32,000 nt of DNA from Ruminococcus albus 7 = DSM 20455 (GTDB lineage: Bacteria; Bacillota; Clostridia; Oscillospirales; Ruminococcaceae): contig NC_014833.1 of assembly GCF_000179635.2 (NCBI RefSeq), positions 2,430,001 through 2,462,000 of the forward strand, in the 5' to 3' direction. Positions 15,389 to 25,089 of the stretch are shown piece by piece. The stretch's first letter is position 1, and each line of letters starts with the position of its first letter. Both the position numbers and the translations under genes were made by a program. Below the pieces are notes generated by a model that saw nothing but the letters and a program-made list of their open reading frames with translations, searched no databases and had not been told where the DNA came from.

Positions 15389-16363
15389 TTACTTCTTTTC
15401 AACAAGATGTACGGCAAATCCGCCGAACTCGTTTTTGAGATATACTACTGTAAGTCTGCCGTCAGCATCGTATTTAGCTGTAGACATATCAGCCTCTATG
15501 CCCTTATGTGAAAGCTGATATACAGCCCTGCGCACACTGTTTACGGATACTGCGATATGTCCCTTGCTGCCCTTGAAAGGCGACTTCATACACTCAACGG
15601 CACTGCCAGCAAATACGCTGCTGTTTCCGTTCTTCTGTGCCCAGCCGAACATATCTTCAAAAGCTGAAGAAACATTAAGTGCATCAGATTCACTGTCGCA
15701 GTTGATACCGATGTGAGCAAGAGAGAATCCCAGCATCTTATTTACAGCTGAACGGCAAAGATCGGTTATCTCAGACCATCTGCCTTCCTTAACGAGCTTA
15801 TCGGGAACTATCCAGCTTCCGCCGCAGCATACGATCTTTTTAAATGCAAGATATGTATTGAGGTTATTCTCATTCACTCCGCCTGTAGGCATGAACTTCA
15901 TATTAGAATAGGGAGCGGAAACTGCTTTGATATAGGGCAGACCGCCTGCCTGTTCTGCGGGGAAGAACTTGACAAAATCAAGTCCGAGCTCAATAGCCTG
16001 TTCTATCTGGGATCCATTGGCAACACCCGGTACAAATGGTATGCCTCTTGACAGACAATGCTCAACGACCTTTGGATTAAGACCGGGAGCAACGCAGAAT
16101 TTAGCACCTGCATCTATTGCTCTGTCACACTGTTCAACAGTAAGCACTGTACCAGCACCGACCAGCATATCGGGATAAGCCTTGACCATATCTGCGATGA
16201 CCTTATCAGCGCCCTCTGCACGGAACGTAACCTCTGCACAGTGTATACCGCCCTCATACAGAGCCTTTGCAAGATTGACAGCATCAGCTGTGTTTTCAAG
16301 CTTTATAACAGGTACGATACCTGTGCATTCAAGCTGTTCAAGAAATTCTTTATTATCCATCAT
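15389..16363 (-). CDS. eda: KDPG/KHG aldolase (Eda) fused to a C-terminal VOC/glyoxalase-like domain of about 110 aa
   Basis: The N-terminal ~215 aa are typical Eda: GIVPVIK, AEVTFR, GAGTVL, FVPG, VKFFPA and PTGGV. The C-terminal SLAHIGINCDS...KGHIAVSVNS...GFAVHLVEKK resembles a VOC beta-alpha-beta-beta-beta module. GGAGG lies 5 nt before ATG 16363. The track start at 16390 overlaps the kduD end. Confidence 0.8.
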   Translation of the reverse strand: MMDNKEFLEQLECTGIVPVIKLENTADAVNLAKALYEGGIHCAEVTFRAEGADKVIADMVKAYPDMLVGAGTVLTVEQCDRAIDAGAKFCVAPGLNPKVVEHCLSRGIPFVPGVANGSQIEQAIELGLDFVKFFPAEQAGGLPYIKAVSAPYSNMKFMPTGGVNENNLNTYLAFKKIVCCGGSWIVPDKLVKEGRWSEITDLCRSAVNKMLGFSLAHIGINCDSESDALNVSSAFEDMFGWAQKNGNSSVFAGSAVECMKSPFKGSKGHIAVSVNSVRRAVYQLSHKGIEADMSTAKYDADGRLTVVYLKNEFGGFAVHLVEKK

Positions 16364-16379
16364 ATTTACCTCCCCTAAT

Positions 16380-17135
16380 TTATCTACCAAGCCAGCCGCC
16401 GTCTACCGCAAGGGTATAACCGTTGACATAATCACTTGCAGAAGATGCAAGGAACACTGCTGCTCCCATAAGGTCATCAGGTGTGCCCCATCTTCCGGCT
16501 GGTATCCTTTCGAGTATAGCAGCACTGCGGTCAGCGTCCTCACGCAGAGCCTGAGTATTATTTGTAGCCATATAACCGGGGGCGATGGCATTGACGTTTA
16601 TACCGTACTTAGCCCACTCATTTGACATTGTCATGGTGATACCCTTTACAGCAGATTTACTTGCTGTATAGCTTGGTACTCTTATACCACCCTGATACGA
16701 AAGCATACTAGCGATCGAAATGATCTTACCGCCGCTTCCCTGTCTGATAAACTGCTTTGCGGCAGCCTGCGACAGGAAGAAAAGTGTGCGGCAGTTTACG
16801 TTCATGACAAGATCCCAGTTCTCGACTGAGAAATCTATGCTATCCTCGCGCTTGATGATACCTGCGTTATTAACAAGTATATCCAGCTTGCCAAACTCCT
16901 TGACTGCGGTACCGATTATATCACTTACAGCATCAAGAGATGAAAGATCGGCAGTGATATACTTAAAGTTCTCCTCACCGAGAAGCTCCTGTGTTTTTGT
17001 GCTGGGTGATCTGGAAACTCCGAGCACCTTAGCACCTGCTTCAACAAAAGCCTTTGAAATACCTTGACCAAGACCGGTATCACTGCCTGTAACGACAGCA
17101 ACCTTTCCGGCAAGGCTGAACATATCAAGTATCAT
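16380..17135 (-). CDS. kduD: 2-dehydro-3-deoxy-D-gluconate 5-dehydrogenase KduD (SDR)
   Basis: Length is 251 aa, nearly colinear with E. coli KduD. Matching segments: MILDMFSLAGKVAVVTGSDTGLGQG, ILVNNAGI, SMLSYQGGIRVPSYTASKSAV, NVNAIAPGYMATNNT and SSASDYVNGYTLAVDGGWL. Confidence 0.88.
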   Translation of the reverse strand: MILDMFSLAGKVAVVTGSDTGLGQGISKAFVEAGAKVLGVSRSPSTKTQELLGEENFKYITADLSSLDAVSDIIGTAVKEFGKLDILVNNAGIIKREDSIDFSVENWDLVMNVNCRTLFFLSQAAAKQFIRQGSGGKIISIASMLSYQGGIRVPSYTASKSAVKGITMTMSNEWAKYGINVNAIAPGYMATNNTQALREDADRSAAILERIPAGRWGTPDDLMGAAVFLASSASDYVNGYTLAVDGGWLGR

Positions 17136-17162
17136 AACAATTACCTCCGTAATATATATTTA

Positions 17163-18161
17163 TCAGAATATACCAACACTGCGAAGAATGGTCACATATA
17201 TAAATATAGTGAACGTGCCCGCAAGTGTAGTCCATATCACCAGCTGACCTGCAAGTTCTTCATCTGCACCCATCTCCTTCGCCATTACAGCGGAAGCCAC
17301 TGCAACAGGTGTGGCAAACACGCCTACGTATGAAGCAAAATGCTCTCCGCCAAGATGAAGTCTTTCACCCAGGAAATATGCAGTTCCTAAACCAAGTATG
17401 GGAACAGCCAGTGTTCTTATCAATGTACCTAAAATTATCTCACGTTTCAATCTGGCAGCCGTCCTGAATTCAAACTTTCCTCCCAGCACGATAAGTGCCA
17501 GAGGGGTACACATAGACTTCAGTGTTTCTAGTGTCCTGAATACAACCGAGATATCATTCAGACGGAAAGATATTCCGTTCTTAACTAATACCTCACGAAC
17601 AGCAAGCACGGCAAGCCCCGAAAATGTTCCGATAATAAGGGGATTTCTGATGATATCCCTGAGTATCCCCATAAGATCAGGTCTTTTCCTGTCATCCTTT
17701 TTACCAAAAACAGTAAGTGTTATCACACTAAGGATATTGAACAAGGGGACACAAAACGCCGACATGACACCTGCCGCTGCTGCACCCTTTTCACCAAAAA
17801 GTGATGCCGCGAGAGGTATACCGATTATAGCATAATTAGAACGAAATACAGCCTGTATCAGCGCCCCGCGCTTTGCGTTTTCCCTTGTGATCATACAGCC
17901 GACTGCTATTCCAAGGAAAAATACAGCAAACACTGCCGCAACACCATATATAATGAAACCGATATTTACATCTCTTATACGTTCGATACTGTAAACATTC
18001 AGAAACAGCATTACCGGGAGGAGAACTCTGAAAACCAGTTTATTTCCCACATTCAGGAACTCTGTTGTAAGCAGCCCCGAGCGTTTGAACAGATATCCGA
18101 GTACGATCAGGAAAACTATGGGCAATACAGCGTTAGCAGAAAATGCAAAAGCATCTAGCAT
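17163..18161 (-). CDS. AEC (auxin efflux carrier) family membrane transporter
   Basis: Length is 332 aa and polytopic, with about 10 hydrophobic segments. The N-terminus ANAVLPIVFLIVLGYLFKR is typical of the family. It overlaps the GH4 gene end by 7 nt. Confidence 0.75.
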   Translation of the reverse strand: MLDAFAFSANAVLPIVFLIVLGYLFKRSGLLTTEFLNVGNKLVFRVLLPVMLFLNVYSIERIRDVNIGFIIYGVAAVFAVFFLGIAVGCMITRENAKRGALIQAVFRSNYAIIGIPLAASLFGEKGAAAAGVMSAFCVPLFNILSVITLTVFGKKDDRKRPDLMGILRDIIRNPLIIGTFSGLAVLAVREVLVKNGISFRLNDISVVFRTLETLKSMCTPLALIVLGGKFEFRTAARLKREIILGTLIRTLAVPILGLGTAYFLGERLHLGGEHFASYVGVFATPVAVASAVMAKEMGADEELAGQLVIWTTLAGTFTIFIYVTILRSVGIF

Positions 18162-19561
18162 AGTGTCAGCTCTTTATCAGAAAACCATGGTTCAAGATAA
18201 TACCTTGTACCGTCAACCATGCTGCTGAACAGTTCACGTGCTTCAGTTATAGAAAGAGCACTGCAAAGCGGCTGAGCTATGAAAGCCTCAAACAATCTGT
18301 TCAGATCACGGTTCTTTATACCATAGTAAGTATTCTCGATATTCAATGCGTTGCGAAGGACAAGCGCGCTTACATCCTCGGGAAGCTTTCTTGATGTTAT
18401 GGGCTTCAGGCTGTTATGCGAGAATACACAGTTTGTCTCAACGACTGAACCCAAAGGCATTTGCGGCATCTGTCCAACATTCGGGACATTTGCATTTGAT
18501 ACCTTGGGCGGTATCAAACCAAGCAGTGCCTTCATAAGCTCTACTACTTCTTCATCACTGCGGTTCAGACTGATGCTTTCCGTACCATCAGCAAGACGAT
18601 GTGAACGAGCTATCTTTTCAGCCATATCCTTTTTACGATAGCTTACCTCAGTAAGATGATAAAGCCATTTGTCCACAGAAGCCTTATCCTTTATGTACCA
18701 GGCACTGTTCATGAATTCAACAAGGTGCCTGTCACCTGCAGCTGCCAGTATACCAAAGCGCCTGAACAGATCCATCTTGACTTTGTTGCCGTACAAAAAC
18801 GGATCATTCTTAAAACCATCAGGTGCTACTCCCTCACGCTCGCAGTAACCGCTCTCGTAGTATTTATCTATGAATGCGGGGAGCAGACTGAAAAGATCTG
18901 TGCCTTTATAGTTAGCTTCGGTGATCCAGGTAAAATGATTTACACCGCAGGCATCAATATTGATCTCCTGTCTGGAAGGTCTTGGAATAACCAGCATATC
19001 ACTTACTACACAGCAAAGGAACTCCTGTGCATGGAATACCTCGTGACAGCAGCCAAAGGCTTTGATCTCCGGGAAAACATCGTAAAGTGTCTTTGTGCAG
19101 GCTGTCATGGGATTAGTCAGATTAATCACCCATGCATCCGGACAATATTTCTTGATCGCCTTAGCGAAGCCTTCATATATCGGGACTGTACGCATAGCAC
19201 GAAGAACACCGCCCGGTCCGACAGTATCACCGACCGATTGATATATTCCATATTTTTCAGGGAGATGAACATCATACTCCATCTCATCAAATGTACCCGG
19301 AAGTATGGAGCATATCACAAAGTCAGCGCCGTCAAGGGCACTGCCGATATCAGGATATACCTTATAATCCCACTTCGTTATTGTATCATTGCAGGCATTT
19401 ATCTTTTCACCTATACGCCTGTTAAGTTCAGCTGCTTCAAAGTCAATATCATAAAGAGCTATCTCTCCACCAAGACCTTCAGTGAGAGCAAGATCATTCA
19501 TAAACACCCTTGCCCACATTTTAGAACCGCCGCCGATATAAGCTATTTTTATTGTTTTCAA
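18155..19561 (-). CDS. Glycoside hydrolase family 4 (NAD/Mn-dependent), probable alpha-galacturonidase (LplD-like)
   Basis: Length is 468 aa. The N-terminal Rossmann motif is KIAYIGGGS, and the conserved segment is NLTNP ... FGCCHEVF. There is no signal peptide. The substrate call rests on the pectin-locus context. Confidence 0.75.
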   Translation of the reverse strand: MKTIKIAYIGGGSKMWARVFMNDLALTEGLGGEIALYDIDFEAAELNRRIGEKINACNDTITKWDYKVYPDIGSALDGADFVICSILPGTFDEMEYDVHLPEKYGIYQSVGDTVGPGGVLRAMRTVPIYEGFAKAIKKYCPDAWVINLTNPMTACTKTLYDVFPEIKAFGCCHEVFHAQEFLCCVVSDMLVIPRPSRQEINIDACGVNHFTWITEANYKGTDLFSLLPAFIDKYYESGYCEREGVAPDGFKNDPFLYGNKVKMDLFRRFGILAAAGDRHLVEFMNSAWYIKDKASVDKWLYHLTEVSYRKKDMAEKIARSHRLADGTESISLNRSDEEVVELMKALLGLIPPKVSNANVPNVGQMPQMPLGSVVETNCVFSHNSLKPITSRKLPEDVSALVLRNALNIENTYYGIKNRDLNRLFEAFIAQPLCSALSITEARELFSSMVDGTRYYLEPWFSDKELTLC

Positions 19562-19575
19562 TTTTATTACTTCCC

Positions 19576-20718
19576 TTAAATTGATCTTCTAACCTCGGTA
19601 TAGCACAGTATGAAAGGAGCTACACCTTTTGCATCATTTTCTACCACAGGTTCTGAGATATAGTATTCAAAGCTTCCGTCACGTCTTCGGTTATCCTCGG
19701 GACCAAGCCCTGCAACAAGGCATATACCTCCGAGATCAAATTCTCCTGTGGGACTTATCTTCAAATACTTATCGCATATACCATCAAAGGTCTTTCTGCC
19801 CATATCTGAATATGAGCTGTCAAGTACACCAAGTCTTGCACCCTTCATCATAGCATAAGCTATCATACTGCTTCCGCTTGTTTCGAGATAATTACCGTTT
19901 TTGTCACCCTGATCAACGACCTGATAGTACATACCGGTCTTTTCATCAACATAACGGGCAATACCACCAATGACTTCGCGGAATATATCACTGAGTTCAG
20001 ACTTGTATTCATCATTGTCGATATATTCTATGATATCAGCAAGCGCTACAGTGAACCATCCTGTTGCCCTAAGCCAGCAATTCTGAGACTTTCCTGTTTC
20101 CTTGTCTGCCCAGAAAGCTTTTTTGGAACGATCAAGGCCGTGACACAGCAGTCCCTTATCTTCATCGAACATATAACGACGAACATTCCTGATCTGTTCC
20201 ATTGTATCAGAATAGTCCTTGCTGCCGAACTCCTTCTCGTACCTGACATAGAACACTTGAGCCATATATATTCCGTCAAGCCATATCTGATCGGGGTAGA
20301 TCTTTTTGTGCCAGAAATTACCTGTATCAGTACGCGGCTGATCTTTAAGCTGATCTCTCAGAAGCATGATAGCTTTTTTATACTTCTCCTTGCCTGTGAG
20401 CCTGTACAGATCAAACAGAACTCTGCCCTCGTTGATATCATCAAGATTATACTTATCTTTTGAATAACCGAGAGGTGTACCGTCTTCACCGATATAGTGA
20501 TCTATGAAGCGTTCACAGAAATCCAGATAGAAAGGCTCATTCATTATTTCGGAAGCATTTAAGAGAGCAGTCATCATGCAGCCGTCTATATAATTCCAGT
20601 ATGCGGGCTTTCCCTGACGGATACTCTCGATATTCCACAGAGGTTTTTCGGGAGTAGAACCCATGGCGAGTCTTTTTATATATTTTTCAATATCGGAATA
20701 CATCTTATCACCTGTCAT
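19576..20718 (-). CDS. GH105 unsaturated rhamnogalacturonyl/galacturonyl hydrolase (YteR/YesR-like)
   Basis: Length is 380 aa. GNFWHKKIYPDQIWLDGIYM, CWLRATGWFTVALADII, TGMYYQVVDQGDKNGNYLETSGSSMIAYAMMKG and GVAPFIL are colinear with B. subtilis YteR as I recall it. There is no signal peptide. The start overlaps the GH28 stop by 4 nt. Confidence 0.8.
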   Translation of the reverse strand: MTGDKMYSDIEKYIKRLAMGSTPEKPLWNIESIRQGKPAYWNYIDGCMMTALLNASEIMNEPFYLDFCERFIDHYIGEDGTPLGYSKDKYNLDDINEGRVLFDLYRLTGKEKYKKAIMLLRDQLKDQPRTDTGNFWHKKIYPDQIWLDGIYMAQVFYVRYEKEFGSKDYSDTMEQIRNVRRYMFDEDKGLLCHGLDRSKKAFWADKETGKSQNCWLRATGWFTVALADIIEYIDNDEYKSELSDIFREVIGGIARYVDEKTGMYYQVVDQGDKNGNYLETSGSSMIAYAMMKGARLGVLDSSYSDMGRKTFDGICDKYLKISPTGEFDLGGICLVAGLGPEDNRRRDGSFEYYISEPVVENDAKGVAPFILCYTEVRRSI

Positions 20719-22256
20719 TCCTTTATAAGCTCCCCCACATTTCCAACGATAAGTTTATCTCCGATGCAGCCATCAATGGTTACATTCTTTATAGAAAGCT
20801 TATCTACATTATCAAAATACATTCCTGCCTTGCACATCTCTACTGCATTGTTCTTCATGGCAGGTATACCGGGGCGAGCATCATCAGCAAATGTAAAATG
20901 TATATCCTCAACATTTATCTCACTGATAGGCATTTCCGGCAGACCGTCACAGTAGCAGGCAGCAACACTGCAATCCAGGCATTCCATATCACGGAAAGTA
21001 AATTTACCGAGATACGGAGTTCTGTCATCAACAGGCAGCTTCTCACGGGTAGTATTATACTCGGAATACCTGTCGGGATCACAGCAGTTATACCACATAT
21101 TTATTACTATAGGTGTAAGCACACCGTTCATTTTCATCTTTTCAAAAAGCACTCCGTCTATGACAGCGTCCTTTCCTCTGCCGCGGCGTGTCTTGATCCT
21201 GAGTCCGCGATCTGTATGATCAAAGATGCAGCGTTCAACCGTCAGATTTCTTACTCCGCCTGCCATTTCGCTGCCAAGGGTGACAGCTCCATGACCGAAC
21301 TGCATAAGACAATTCCTGATATTATGGTTCTCAGCAGGCTGTTTGAATTTTCTGCCGATATCAATCTTTCCTGACTTGATAGCTATGCAGTCATCACCGA
21401 CACTGAATCTGCAGCCTGATATCCAAACATTATCGCAGGCTTCGGGATCGAGGGCATCGGTATTGGGACTATCCTTAGGAGCAGTGATATCAAGATCGAG
21501 AAAATGCAGATAGGATGAAAAGTACGGATGTATCTGCCAGGAAGCTGCATTACATACAGTTATACCGTGTACGGTGATCAGCTTGCAGCGGTTGAAAAAC
21601 AGAAGTCTTGGTCTTGGGATATTTCTTTCCTTGACGTTCTCCCACCAACCGCCTGCCTCAGCGTTTCCGTCTATCACACCTCTGCCGACGATCCTTATAT
21701 CCTCAGCATATTCAGCAAAAATGAGAGCCTGATGCATGGGTACTGCATTACCCTCCCATGTGCCGAAATGTATATCTTCTCCGGTAATGATATCCTTGGC
21801 TGTACCGGGTATCACATTATATGCTGACTGATCCGGCAAGCCAAGAAGTTTCGCTTTTTCAGAGATATCGAGAGTGATATGACTTTTCAGGACGATCGGC
21901 GCAGTAAGATATACGCCCTCGGGGAAATACAGCCTTCCGTTATTCGGCAGACAATTTATTGCAGTCTGGATGCTAACAGTGTCATCGCTGAAACCGTCAC
22001 CCTTTGCACCGAAATCCCTGACACTAACAGCGCAGGATTCCTTAGCTGTCCTGAATGTTACCGGATCTTCACCGGATATTTCAAGAACATACTCCCTGTC
22101 GGGCATAAGATCAAACACAGAAAATACATTCGTATCTGATTCAAAAAGAGCCTTGCCGTCAAGACATACAGTATATTTTTCCTTACTGTGATATGCAAGA
22201 TCGTTATCGATCTCGAAGCAGGCACTTACAGAGCCTATGAATATAGTATTTATCAT
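20715..22256 (-). CDS. GH28 exo-polygalacturonase with an N-terminal beta-sandwich domain, cytoplasmic
   Basis: GH28 motifs are NTDALDPE, GDDCIAIKSG, GHGAVTLGSE and RGLRIKT. There is no signal peptide. GGAGGG lies 10 nt before ATG 22256 (MINTIFIG). The track start at 22304 overlaps the upstream gene. Confidence 0.85.
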   Translation of the reverse strand: MINTIFIGSVSACFEIDNDLAYHSKEKYTVCLDGKALFESDTNVFSVFDLMPDREYVLEISGEDPVTFRTAKESCAVSVRDFGAKGDGFSDDTVSIQTAINCLPNNGRLYFPEGVYLTAPIVLKSHITLDISEKAKLLGLPDQSAYNVIPGTAKDIITGEDIHFGTWEGNAVPMHQALIFAEYAEDIRIVGRGVIDGNAEAGGWWENVKERNIPRPRLLFFNRCKLITVHGITVCNAASWQIHPYFSSYLHFLDLDITAPKDSPNTDALDPEACDNVWISGCRFSVGDDCIAIKSGKIDIGRKFKQPAENHNIRNCLMQFGHGAVTLGSEMAGGVRNLTVERCIFDHTDRGLRIKTRRGRGKDAVIDGVLFEKMKMNGVLTPIVINMWYNCCDPDRYSEYNTTREKLPVDDRTPYLGKFTFRDMECLDCSVAACYCDGLPEMPISEINVEDIHFTFADDARPGIPAMKNNAVEMCKAGMYFDNVDKLSIKNVTIDGCIGDKLIVGNVGELIKE

Positions 22257-22257
22257 T

Positions 22258-22905
22258 TTATCCCTGCCCTCCGGTATTTGTGCAGGAAGCTTTAGCACCT
22301 GCATCCTGAAATATCTTTATAAAAGTATTTTTGATCGTTATAAACAGCATATCAAAGCCCAGATATAATAATCCGAACAATAAGGGTTCAACACCCAGCA
22401 TACTCTGAGCAGCGGATGCATCTGCATTCGCATCTACTCCGAGTAGTACATTCAAAGCGAAGTATGTTCTGAATACACAGTATATTACAATGCCCGAATA
22501 CAGAACATTGATAAACAGCGACCAGTATTTTCGTACCGTCACCATCATCCATCTGTCGTATTCTCGTTCACGCGGTTCAAAGCCTCTCAGCAGCTTGTTG
22601 ACCATCAGATCGTTTGCAAGACCCGATGCTATAGCAAGCACTGCAAGCAGATCTAGACCGTGTACATATATACCAAGTCCCCACAGGATAAAATAGCAAA
22701 CTGCACCTGCAAACCAGAACTTGATAAATATTATCTTCAGCCATGAAGGGATACTGAACTTCTTATCTGAAGTATATTTTCGTATCTCGGAATATGAAAC
22801 CTCAGGTGCTTTCTTTGCATCAAGAAGTCTGTCTACGGCGTTCTTTTTCAGCTTATAATTACCGTAGGAAGAAATATTATCTTTATTATGCTTATTATCT
22901 GCCAT
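22258..22905 (-). CDS. Uncharacterised membrane protein (about 60-aa cytoplasmic N-terminus + 4 predicted TM)
   Basis: AAGGA lies 9 nt before ATG 22905 (MADNKHNK). Hydrophobic segments are IIFIKFWFAGAVCYFILWGLGI, LLAVLAIASGLA, LFINVLYSGIVIYCVF and LLFGLLYLGFDMLFI. The stop is 1 nt before the GH28 ATG. I recognised no family. Confidence 0.6.
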   Translation of the reverse strand: MADNKHNKDNISSYGNYKLKKNAVDRLLDAKKAPEVSYSEIRKYTSDKKFSIPSWLKIIFIKFWFAGAVCYFILWGLGIYVHGLDLLAVLAIASGLANDLMVNKLLRGFEPREREYDRWMMVTVRKYWSLFINVLYSGIVIYCVFRTYFALNVLLGVDANADASAAQSMLGVEPLLFGLLYLGFDMLFITIKNTFIKIFQDAGAKASCTNTGGQG

Positions 22906-22930
22906 AACGATCATTCCTTAATCATACATC

Positions 22931-23503
22931 TCAGTCGCCTGTGATATCAAGTGCTTTCATACTTCCGTTATCTTCAACGTCTACAGAAGTCCTGATCTTT
23001 CTTAAAAGTTTTGAATAAACCGGAAGAAGGATCAGCAGACCAAGAGTAACACATATAAGGATTATATGCAGGGATACTACTGTCTGGGCAGTATTTATAT
23101 ACATAGAAGAATTATTGATAACTATGGGATTATTTTCCCTGGTAGTTGCATTTACTATACGTTTCATATAAATACTGTCAACGAAGATCAGCGAACCAAG
23201 CATAGCAAACAAAAGACAAAGCATGACCTTATCAGCTTTTTTTCTTCTCGGGAATGTTCTCAGGAATACAACGAATGCAAGTATAGAAAACAGCATAGCA
23301 ATAAATTCGCACTGTCCCATATTGGCACCGTTTATCCTTGCTGTTGTATCAGCTATTGACGACAGATTCAGGGAATAGATAAGAAACCCTGCAACAAGTG
23401 ACAGAAGCGGTATGGTCTGCGGTGAACGCTTGAGGGATACCATCGACTTGCGAAGGAACTCCTTGGGACCGCGTCTGTTTGTCCTCATTTTTTTAACGGA
23501 CAT
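22931..23503 (-). CDS. Uncharacterised membrane protein (basic N-terminus + 4 predicted TM)
   Basis: GGAGG lies 8 nt before ATG 23503. Hydrophobic segments are IPLLSLVAGFLIYSL, FIAMLFSILAFVVFL, VMLCLLFAMLGSLIFV and VVSLHIILICVTLGLLILLPV. I recognised no family. Confidence 0.6.
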   Translation of the reverse strand: MSVKKMRTNRRGPKEFLRKSMVSLKRSPQTIPLLSLVAGFLIYSLNLSSIADTTARINGANMGQCEFIAMLFSILAFVVFLRTFPRRKKADKVMLCLLFAMLGSLIFVDSIYMKRIVNATTRENNPIVINNSSMYINTAQTVVSLHIILICVTLGLLILLPVYSKLLRKIRTSVDVEDNGSMKALDITGD

Positions 23504-23522
23504 CTTCCTTACCTCCTTGATC

Positions 23523-24581
23523 TCATCTTATCGCCATTGTAGTTTCTTTATCAAAGAAATGCTTCTTATTGAATGAAACATTTACCTTATCACCTAACTT
23601 GTAATTGCACCATTCACGGAACTTACAGGTTATCTTGTGTTTGCCAGCCATACCGTTAACGAGGGTATTATAACCAAGGTTCTCATTTGAAATGACATCC
23701 ACTGTTATATTGCCGCCCTCAACTACATTTTCGGGACGAACGCCCATAGTAACGGTTATACCTTCATAAGCTGAAAGCATTTCAGTTTCTTCATCAGTAA
23801 GCTTTACGCAAATATCACTGCTGACTGCCTGACCGTTCTTGATAACGACATCGAACAGGTTCATGGGGGGCAGACCGATAAAGCTTGCTACGAAGAGATT
23901 AGCGGGAGTATCATACAGCTCCAGCGGTGTACCTATCTGCTGTACATGACCCATGGACATACAGACGATCCTGTCAGCAAGTGTCAGGGCTTCGGTCTGG
24001 TCATGGGTCACATATAGCATAGTGGCATTCAACCTTTTGTGGAGGAGAAGTATCTCTCTACGTGTTGCACTTCTGAGTTTTGCATCAAGGTTTGACAATG
24101 GTTCGTCAAACAGGAAAACCTTTGGCTTACGTACTATAGCTCTGCCCATGGCAACTCTCTGACGCTGACCGCCCGAAAGCTGTGAGGGCTTTTTGTTGAG
24201 TTGGCTGGTAAGATCAAGTATCTCCGCAGCAGCAAGCACTTTCTGATGTATCTCATTTTTATTTTCTTTACGCAGCATAAGTGAGAAAGCCATATTCTCA
24301 TAAATGGTCATATGTCCGTAAAGCGCGTAATTCTGAAAGACCATTGCGATATCACGGTCCTTGGGCGGCATACGTGTAACGTCCTTGCCGTCGATAAGGA
24401 GCTTACCCTTTGATATATCTTCAAGACCGGCCACCATACGCAGAGTAGTGGATTTACCGCAGCCCGAAGGTCCTACCAGTACTATAAGCTCACCGTCTTT
24501 TACATCAAGGTCGAAGTCATATACAGCCTGTACCTTGTTGTCATAGATCTTTTCAAGATGTTGTAATTTAAGATCGCTCAT
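23523..24581 (-). CDS. ABC transporter ATP-binding protein, MalK/MsmX/UgpC type (copy 2)
   Basis: Walker A is GPSGCGKST, the signature is LSGGQRQR, Walker B is VFLFDEPLSNLD and the H-loop is YVTHDQ. A C-terminal regulatory domain is present. Length is 352 aa. Confidence 0.9.
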   Translation of the reverse strand: MSDLKLQHLEKIYDNKVQAVYDFDLDVKDGELIVLVGPSGCGKSTTLRMVAGLEDISKGKLLIDGKDVTRMPPKDRDIAMVFQNYALYGHMTIYENMAFSLMLRKENKNEIHQKVLAAAEILDLTSQLNKKPSQLSGGQRQRVAMGRAIVRKPKVFLFDEPLSNLDAKLRSATRREILLLHKRLNATMLYVTHDQTEALTLADRIVCMSMGHVQQIGTPLELYDTPANLFVASFIGLPPMNLFDVVIKNGQAVSSDICVKLTDEETEMLSAYEGITVTMGVRPENVVEGGNITVDVISNENLGYNTLVNGMAGKHKITCKFREWCNYKLGDKVNVSFNKKHFFDKETTMAIR

Positions 24582-24593
24582 CGCAGCTACCTC

Positions 24594-25088
24594 TTATCCT
24601 TCTTCATCAAGCAGCGCCTGATAGCTGCTCAGAGTTTTTGTTTTTATGATCCCTATGATACCTGCCGCAACAAGAAGTGCAGCCGATACACACAGACATA
24701 TCGTAACATACCTGAACTGTCCGCCTGACATAACAGTAGAACCATCGGCACCTACAACCGGACTTGGTGCATTATGTGCTTTCATGGGCAGCAGGAAGAT
24801 ACGTACTATCTGTAGTGCTCCGAGAAAGATCGAAACAACAGCATAGCTCATCTTGTAGCCCTTTACTCCTTCGGAGGAAAGAAATGCAAACAGCATAAAG
24901 ATCAGGTTATATACTATTGAACCGCCTATAAAAAGCTTGTAATACCAGTTGCCGACATCGCTTCCGTATATGCTTACAAAATACAGGGCATTTACAGCTA
25001 TGGCACCAAGTATAAGATCAGCGGAAAGTTTATTTTTTGTGAAACGCAAACGATCCTTTTCGACCGATGGAATGTTCTTTACTGGCAT
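24594..25088 (-). CDS. Uncharacterised membrane protein (4 predicted TM)
   Basis: GGAAGGAG lies 8 nt before ATG 25088 (MPVKNIPS). The track start at 25112 is a TTG overlapping the upstream gene. Hydrophobic segments are LILGAIAVNALYFVSIY, LFIGGSIVYNLIFMLFAFL, AVVSIFLGALQIVRIFLL and VTICLCVSAALLVAAGIIGII. Confidence 0.6.
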   Translation of the reverse strand: MPVKNIPSVEKDRLRFTKNKLSADLILGAIAVNALYFVSIYGSDVGNWYYKLFIGGSIVYNLIFMLFAFLSSEGVKGYKMSYAVVSIFLGALQIVRIFLLPMKAHNAPSPVVGADGSTVMSGGQFRYVTICLCVSAALLVAAGIIGIIKTKTLSSYQALLDEEG

Positions 25089-25089
25089 C

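Noticed and set aside
18656-19579. Long antisense ORFs opposite conserved genes, e.g. 18656..19579 (+, 307 aa), 8085..8696 (+), 14431..15078 (+), 6591..7061 (+), 878..1456 (-)
   Set aside because: Each lies entirely opposite a CDS with strong family signatures. They lack RBSs and have odd composition (Cys/Ile/Tyr-rich or Ser-rich). These are typical shadow ORFs.
24594-25088. GALQIVRIFLLP in the 164-aa membrane protein as a degenerate EAA coupling loop
   Set aside because: The segment lies inside a hydrophobic TM stretch. It lacks the EAA...G core and has the wrong spacing relative to the consensus seen in the two true permeases.
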